A DNA stretch of 64,000 nt from the NCBI GenBank assembly GCA_003220225.1, contig QHRU01000040.1, positions 19,666 through 83,665 of the forward strand, read 5' to 3'. This stretch comes from Candidatus Rokuibacteriota bacterium. Lineage in GTDB: Bacteria > Methylomirabilota > Methylomirabilia > Rokubacteriales > CSP1-6. This document shows positions 58,649 through 64,000 of the stretch, one piece after another. Each line of letters starts with the position of its first letter. The stretch's first letter is position 1. Under the pieces are notes generated by a model that was given only the letters and a program-made list of their open reading frames with translations, searched no databases and was not told the DNA's origin. The translations under genes and the position numbers were made by a program.

Positions 58649-60003
58649 ATCGCGAATTGATCATGGTCATCGAGCAGCTCGGACGCGAGAAGGGGATCGA
58701 CAAAGAGGTCCTCTTCGAGGCGCTGGAGACTGCCCTGTTGTCGGCATCCCGCAAGAGCCTGGGGCCGGCCGACAACGTCCGCATCCACATCGACCGCAAG
58801 ACGGGCGACTTCCGCATCTACCAGCGCAAGCAGGTGGTCGAGGACGTCACCGACCCGGAGACGCAGATCGCGCTGGCTGACGCCAAGGCGCTCAATCCCG
58901 CGGCCGAGCTCGGCGTCGAGCTGGAGCTGCTGCAAGACCGACCGCTGCAGGACCTCGGCCGCATCGCGGCCCAGACCGCCAAGCAGGTCATCCTCCAGAA
59001 GGTCCGCGACGCCGAGCGCGAGGGCATCTACTCGGAGTTCGTCGGCAAGGAAGGCCAGATCCTCCGCGGCGTCGTGCACCGGATCGAGAAGCGCAACGTG
59101 ATCCTGGAGGTCGGCAAGGCGGAGGCGATCCTGCCCGAGCGCGAGCAGATCCCCGGGGAGCGCTACAACCCGGGCGACCGCGTGCGCGCCTACGTGCTCG
59201 AGGTGCGGCGCACGGCCAAGGGCCCGCAGATCTCGCTCTCGCGCACACACCCGGGCTACCTCGCGCGGCTCTTCGAGACGGAGATCCCCGAGATCCAGGA
59301 GGGGATCGTCGTCGTCAAGGCGACGGCGCGCGAGGGCGGCGAGCGCGCCAAGGTCGCGGTGGCCTCCACCAAGCGCGACGTGGACCCCATCGGCGCCTGC
59401 GTGGGCCTGCGCGGCACGCGCATCCAGGTCATCAGCCGCGAGCTGCGCGGCGAGAAGATCGACATCATCGAGTGGTCGAACGACCCGGCCTCGTTCGTGG
59501 CGCGCGCGCTGTCGCCCGCGAAGGTGTCGTCGGTGACCATCGCCGAGGAGCCGGCCGAGGGCGGCGAGGCCCACGGTGAGACACACATGGCGGCGCTGGT
59601 GGTCGTGCCCGACAACCAGCTCTCGCTCGCCATCGGCAAGAAGGGGCAAAACGCGCGGCTGGCGGCCAAGCTCACCGGCATGCGCATCGACATCAAGAGC
59701 GAGGGCGAGGTCGAGGCCGAGCGCGCCGAGGCGGAGCACGCCGAGGCGGCGCGCGCGGCGCTGTCCACCCTCCCCGGCGTGACGCCGGAGGCATTCCAGG
59801 CGCTCGTCGAAACGGGGCTCGTCTCGCCGCGCGCTGTGGTGGCAGCCGGGCGCGAGCGGCTCGCGCAGCTGCCGGCCGTCGGCGCCGCCGCCGACGCGAT
59901 TCTCGCCGCCGCCGAGGCGTGGGTGGCGGAGCGCGAACCGAAGGACACGCAGGAGGACGACGGCGCGGTGGCGGAGCCGGAGCACCCGCCCGCGACGGCG
60001 TGA
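58645..60003 (+). CDS. nusA: Transcription termination/antitermination factor NusA
   Basis: S1 and two KH domains, N-terminal [18 protein letters not shown]; ATGA overlap with rimP. Confidence 0.9.
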   Translation: MNRELIMVIEQLGREKGIDKEVLFEALETALLSASRKSLGPADNVRIHIDRKTGDFRIYQRKQVVEDVTDPETQIALADAKALNPAAELGVELELLQDRPLQDLGRIAAQTAKQVILQKVRDAEREGIYSEFVGKEGQILRGVVHRIEKRNVILEVGKAEAILPEREQIPGERYNPGDRVRAYVLEVRRTAKGPQISLSRTHPGYLARLFETEIPEIQEGIVVVKATAREGGERAKVAVASTKRDVDPIGACVGLRGTRIQVISRELRGEKIDIIEWSNDPASFVARALSPAKVSSVTIAEEPAEGGEAHGETHMAALVVVPDNQLSLAIGKKGQNARLAAKLTGMRIDIKSEGEVEAERAEAEHAEAARAALSTLPGVTPEAFQALVETGLVSPRAVVAAGRERLAQLPAVGAAADAILAAAEAWVAEREPKDTQEDDGAVAEPEHPPATA

Positions 60004-60260
60004 CGACGAAGGGGGCCGAGCCGATCCGTACGTGCCTGGGCTGCCGCCGCCGGCGGCCCAAGGGGGCGATGCTGCGGCTGGTGCGCGGGGCCGACGGCCG
60101 CGTGAGCTTCGACGGCACCGCGCCGGGGCGCGGGGCGTACGTCTGTCGCGATCCGGAGTGCCAGGAGCGCGCGCTGAAGCCCGCGCGCCTGGCGCACGCG
60201 TTCCGCGGGCCGAGCGAAGCGAAGACGGAGTTGATCGAAACCGTGGTTTCGGGGAGGTGA
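60000..60260 (+). CDS. YlxR/DUF448 family RNA-binding protein
   Basis: RTCLGCRRRRPKGAMLRL...YVCRDPEC pattern; GTGA overlap with nusA. Confidence 0.65.
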   Translation: MTTKGAEPIRTCLGCRRRRPKGAMLRLVRGADGRVSFDGTAPGRGAYVCRDPECQERALKPARLAHAFRGPSEAKTELIETVVSGR

Positions 60261-60267
60261 GGGGACT

Positions 60268-62808
60268 GTGGCAGCGACCAAGGTGAAAGTCATCGAGCTG
60301 GCGAAGGAGCTCGGCGTCACGAGCAAGGATTTGATGCTGGCGGCCGAGGAGATGGGCCACAAGGGCGTGCGCGCCATGACTCCCCTCGACGCGAAGCTCG
60401 CCAACGAGCTGCGCACCAAGCTGGGCAAGGGACGTGAGCTCCCCGAGGAGCCGGTCAAGCCCAAGCGCGTCGCGAAGCCGAAGGCGCCGAAGGAAGACGG
60501 CGCCGTCGTCGACGGCGCCGAGATCGTGGCGAAGAAGCCGCGCGCGAAGAAGGCCAAGCCCGCCGACGCGGCCGAAGAGGTCGCCGCCGCGGTCAAGCCG
60601 GCCGCGACGATCGTCAAGCCGAAGCCCGTCGAGATCACCGGCGAGCCGCCGGCCATCGTCGCCAAGCAGCCGGAGATCGCGCCGGAGCCCTCCCGCGTGG
60701 CCCCCGTGACGCCGCCGCCGCCGGCGGAGCCGGTGAAGCCGGCCGCTGCAGCCGCGGGACCCGCCGCGCCGCCCAAGCCGGAGCCGAAGATCGTACCCTT
60801 CCGGCCGCTGGAGCGTCCGGCGCCGCCGCCGCCCTCGCGGCCGTCGCGTCAGCCCGCCGGCCCGTTCGCGCCGCCGCGCGTGATGCAGGGAGCGGCGCGT
60901 CCGGCGGGGCTGCCCGCGCCGCCGCGTCCGGCAGCGCCGCGTCCCGCGGCGCCCGCCGCCGGCGCGCCCCCCGCGCCGGCGAGGCCCGCGGCGGAAGCTC
61001 CCGCCGCGCGCGTCACCACGCCGGACGCCGTCGAGGCGCCGCCGGCCCCGCCCGCCGAGGTCCGCCGCGAGCTCATCCGCGTGCCGGAGTCGGTCACGGT
61101 GGCCGAGCTGGCCGAGAAGATGCGGCGCAAGTCGGGCGAGGTCATCAAGGGCCTGCTCGAGCTGGGCGTCATGCGGATGGTCAACGACCTGCTCGATCCG
61201 ACCGAGGCCAAGCTCGTCGCCGACAAGTTCGGCTTCGACGTCGAAATCCGCTCGGTGGAAGGCGACGTCCTCGAGGAGGAGGACGCGGACACCGGCACCC
61301 AGGCGCTCCGGCCGCCCGTCGTCACCGTCATGGGCCACGTCGACCACGGCAAGACGTCGCTCCTCGACGCCATCCGCAAGTCGAAGGTGGCGGAGAAGGA
61401 GTTTGGCGGCATCACGCAGCACATCGGCGCCTACCAGGTCATGACCGGCCACGGCAAGGTCACGTTCCTGGACACGCCGGGCCACGAGGCGTTCACGGCC
61501 ATGCGCGCGCGCGGCGCCCAGGCGACCGACATCGTCATCCTCGTCGTCGCCGCCGACGACGGCGTGATGCCGCAGACGCAGGAGGCCATCAACCACGCCC
61601 GCGCGGCCAACGTGCCGATCATCGTGGCCATCAACAAGGTCGACAAGCCCGAGGCGGATCCCGACCGCGTCAAGCGCGAGCTGGCCAACCTCGAGCTGGT
61701 GCCCGAGGACTGGGGGGGCCAGACGATCTTCGTGCCGACCTCGGCCAAGAAGGGCACGGGCATCGAGCAGCTGCTAGAGATGACCGCGCTGCAGTCCGAG
61801 ATCCTCGAGCTGAAGGCCAATCCCAACCGCGCCGCCAAGGGCGTGATCATCGAGAGCCGGCTCGACCGCGGCCGCGGCCCCGTGGCCACCGTGCTCATCC
61901 AGAACGGCACCCTGAGGGAGGGCGACGCCGTCGTGGTCGGCGCGCACTCCGGACGCGTCCGTGCGCTCCTCGATCCCACCGGGAAGAAGACGACGGCGGC
62001 GGGGCCCTCCGACCCCGTCGAAATCCACGGCCTCAGCGGCGTGCCGTCGGCGGGCGACGTTCTCGTCGGCGTCTCCGACGAGCGCAAGGCGCGGCAGATC
62101 GCGACCATGCGCGCCGACCGGGCCAAGGGCGCGGGCAAGGCCTCCACCCGCATCACGCTGGAAGGCCTGCAGAAGCAGATCCAGACCGGCGAGGTCAAGG
62201 AGCTGCGGCTCATCCTCAAGGCGGACGTGCAGGGCTCGGTGGAGGCGCTGGCGCAATCGCTCGAGCAGCTCTCGACCGAGGAGGTGAAGCTGAAGGTCAT
62301 CCACTCCTCGGTCGGCGCCATCAACGAGAGCGACGTCATGCTGGCCTCGGCCTCGGGCGCCATCGTGCTCGGCTTCAACGTGAAGGCGGAGCCCAAGGCG
62401 AGCCAGCAGGCGCAGGCCAACGGCGTCGACCTGCGCGCCTACAACGTCATCTACGAGGCGATCAACGACCTCAAGGCGGCCCTGGCCGGCATGCTCGCGC
62501 CGGAGATCCGCGAGACGATCGTCGGCCGCGCGGAGGTGCGACAGATCTTCGTCATCTCCAAGCTGGGGCCGATCGCGGGCTCCTACGTGGCCGAGGGCAA
62601 GATCGTGCGGGGCGCCAAGGTGCGCGTGCGCCGCGGCGACTCGATCTTCGGCACGGGGACGGTCACCTCGCTCAAGCGCTTCAAGGACGACGTGCGCGAG
62701 GTGCCGAACGGTCAGGAGTGCGGCATCGGCGTCGACGCCGTCCCCGGGATCCTGCCGGGCGACGTGCTCGAAGTGTTCTCGACCGAAGAGGTCGCCCGCA
62801 CGCTGTAA
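60268..62808 (+). CDS. infB: Translation initiation factor IF-2 (Pro/Ala-rich N-terminal region)
   Basis: 846 aa; GTPase G-domain [24 protein letters not shown]. Confidence 0.9.
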   Translation: MAATKVKVIELAKELGVTSKDLMLAAEEMGHKGVRAMTPLDAKLANELRTKLGKGRELPEEPVKPKRVAKPKAPKEDGAVVDGAEIVAKKPRAKKAKPADAAEEVAAAVKPAATIVKPKPVEITGEPPAIVAKQPEIAPEPSRVAPVTPPPPAEPVKPAAAAAGPAAPPKPEPKIVPFRPLERPAPPPPSRPSRQPAGPFAPPRVMQGAARPAGLPAPPRPAAPRPAAPAAGAPPAPARPAAEAPAARVTTPDAVEAPPAPPAEVRRELIRVPESVTVAELAEKMRRKSGEVIKGLLELGVMRMVNDLLDPTEAKLVADKFGFDVEIRSVEGDVLEEEDADTGTQALRPPVVTVMGHVDHGKTSLLDAIRKSKVAEKEFGGITQHIGAYQVMTGHGKVTFLDTPGHEAFTAMRARGAQATDIVILVVAADDGVMPQTQEAINHARAANVPIIVAINKVDKPEADPDRVKRELANLELVPEDWGGQTIFVPTSAKKGTGIEQLLEMTALQSEILELKANPNRAAKGVIIESRLDRGRGPVATVLIQNGTLREGDAVVVGAHSGRVRALLDPTGKKTTAAGPSDPVEIHGLSGVPSAGDVLVGVSDERKARQIATMRADRAKGAGKASTRITLEGLQKQIQTGEVKELRLILKADVQGSVEALAQSLEQLSTEEVKLKVIHSSVGAINESDVMLASASGAIVLGFNVKAEPKASQQAQANGVDLRAYNVIYEAINDLKAALAGMLAPEIRETIVGRAEVRQIFVISKLGPIAGSYVAEGKIVRGAKVRVRRGDSIFGTGTVTSLKRFKDDVREVPNGQECGIGVDAVPGILPGDVLEVFSTEEVARTL

Positions 62809-62827
62809 CGCGGCGGCGGGAGGGCTC

Positions 62828-63118
62828 GTGAGCGCCGCGCGCGTCGCGCTGGGGATGATGGAGCTGCACCTGCCGGACGTGGACTCGCTCAAGGGCAAGC
62901 GCCACGTGCTGAAGGGTCTGAAGGAGCGGGTGCGCGCCCGCTTCGAGGTCTCGGTGGCGGAGGTGGACCACCAAGACATGTGGCAGCGGGCGACCCTCGC
63001 GCTCGCCTACGTCTCCTCCGACGCCCGTCACGCCAACGAGGTGGTGTCCAAGGCGATGGACTTCATCGAGGACCACATCCAGGGGATGGTGCTCGATACG
63101 ACCGTGGAGATACTCTGA
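62828..63118 (+). CDS. DUF503 (YlxP-like) protein
   Basis: 96 aa, conserved position between infB and rbfA. Confidence 0.65.
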   Translation: MSAARVALGMMELHLPDVDSLKGKRHVLKGLKERVRARFEVSVAEVDHQDMWQRATLALAYVSSDARHANEVVSKAMDFIEDHIQGMVLDTTVEIL

Positions 63119-63468
63119 TGCAGGGCAAGCGACTCGACCGCGTGAACCAGCTCATCAAGGAAGAAGTCTCGATGCTGCTGCAGCGCGAGCTGAAGGACCC
63201 GCGGCTGGGCTTCGTGACGGTGACCGAGGTCGAGACGTCGAAAGACCTGCGCTCCGCCAAGATCTTCGTCTCCGTGCTGGGTGACGACGCCCAGTGGAAG
63301 GGCTCGATGGCGGCGCTGGAGAGCGCGCGGGGCTTCGTACGCAACTGGCTGCGCCAGCATCTCGAGCTGCGCGTCACCCCGGAGCTCGACTTCCGTCCCG
63401 ACCACTCGCTCGAGCACGCCGCGCGCATTCAGTCCCTCCTCAAGCAGGTGCGGGCGCCCGGCTCGTGA
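63118..63468 (+). CDS. rbfA: Ribosome-binding factor A
   Basis: RVNQLIKEEVSMLLQRELKDPRLGFVTVTEVETSKDLRSAKIFVSV. Confidence 0.85.
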   Translation: MQGKRLDRVNQLIKEEVSMLLQRELKDPRLGFVTVTEVETSKDLRSAKIFVSVLGDDAQWKGSMAALESARGFVRNWLRQHLELRVTPELDFRPDHSLEHAARIQSLLKQVRAPGS

Positions 63469-64000
63469 GCGGAGACCTCGTGAGCGACGCCCCCCGTGTG
63501 CCGGCCGACGTCGTCGCCGCCCTCGACCGCGCCCCGGGGCGGGCGCTGATGCTCGGCCACGTCCATCCCGACGCCGACGTGCTGGGGACGCTGCTCGCGA
63601 TCGGCGAGGCACTGCAGGCGCGGCGGTGGTCGGTCGTCGCCGGCGGGCCGCACCCGGCGCCCGGGGCGCTGTCGTTTCTGCCGGGCGTCGAGCGCTACGA
63701 GGTGCTCAAGACGCTCGAGGGCGCCTTCGACGTGGCGGTGCTCACCGACTGCCCGAACCCCGACCGCACCGAGGGGCTCATCGACGCGGCGAAGCGCGCG
63801 GCGCCCGTCGTCGTCAACATCGACCATCATCCCGACAACCGCCGCTACGGCACCGTGAACTGGATCGACGTGGGCGCCGCCGCCACCGGCGAGATGGTCT
63901 ATCGCCTGCTCACGGCGCTGGGCGCGCCGCTCACGCCCTCGATCGCGACCAACCTCTTCACGGCCGTCCACACCGACACGGGCTCGTTCCGCTATTCCAA
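63465..64000 (+). CDS. DHH-family phosphoesterase (NrnA-like), 3' partial
   Basis: GTG start overlapping rbfA stop; GHVHPDADVLGT and NIDHHPDN DHH motifs; ORF continues past window end. Confidence 0.7.
   Translation, partial: MSGDLVSDAPRVPADVVAALDRAPGRALMLGHVHPDADVLGTLLAIGEALQARRWSVVAGGPHPAPGALSFLPGVERYEVLKTLEGAFDVAVLTDCPNPDRTEGLIDAAKRAAPVVVNIDHHPDNRRYGTVNWIDVGAAATGEMVYRLLTALGAPLTPSIATNLFTAVHTDTGSFRYS

Overview
This is a 64 kb, roughly 70% GC, gene-dense bacterial chromosomal segment. About 65 CDS are packed head-to-tail with frequent ATGA/GTGA stop-start overlaps, mostly on the + strand. I found no rRNA, tRNA or CRISPR.

Gene content in order:
- 1-4955: a 5'-partial BatA/B-like protein with two vWA domains, followed by a TPR protein.
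- 4966-7309: a GalT-family protein and gdh, convergent.
- 7428-13058: a complete iscR-iscS-iscU-iscA-hscB-hscA-fdx-iscX operon with a recognisable promoter.
- 13063-13977 (minus): a convergent TusD/TusC/TusB-like (DsrEFH-like) sulfur-relay triplet.
- 14019-16221: nifS, a nifU-like gene and cysE.
- 16218-18197: a small HTH gene, an HD-domain gene and dinB.
- 18274-23643: two tandem paralogous ~720-aa secreted proteins of unknown family, with a divergent LysR regulator.
- 23717-31359: a tightly coupled operon of a DUF455-like diiron protein, a second ferritin-like protein, three biotin-carboxylase subunits, a DinB_2 protein, two small membrane proteins and an MFS transporter.
- 31368-34454: an ABC substrate-binding protein, a frameshifted small ORF and a beta-lactamase-family lipoprotein.
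- 34483-34985: a 185-188 bp GC-hairpin tandem repeat.
- 35002-38384: rpoD and an ACT-domain malic enzyme.
- 38395-44307: a GT2-aminotransferase-HIT-GT39(ArnT/PMT-like) module, nth and a methyltransferase.
- 44402-47574: rplM-rpsI and argC-argJ.
- 47659-58050: rpsB-tsf-pyrH-frr-uppS-cdsA-dxr-rseP-ispG-fdx-proS.
- 58169-64000: rimP-nusA-ylxR-infB-DUF503-rbfA and a 3'-partial DHH phosphoesterase.

The most striking finding is a 142-aa mini-intein inserted in ispG immediately before the third Fe-S-ligating cysteine (MGC|VVNGPGE site), so that this cysteine is the intein's +1 residue. Other points worth follow-up:
- the LysR-linked secreted paralog pair;
- the DUF455-carboxylase operon;
- the clustering of Fe-S and sulfur-relay genes;
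- the hairpin tandem repeats;
- a small ORF needing two compensating frameshifts;
- two genes whose conserved N-termini have no canonical start codon.
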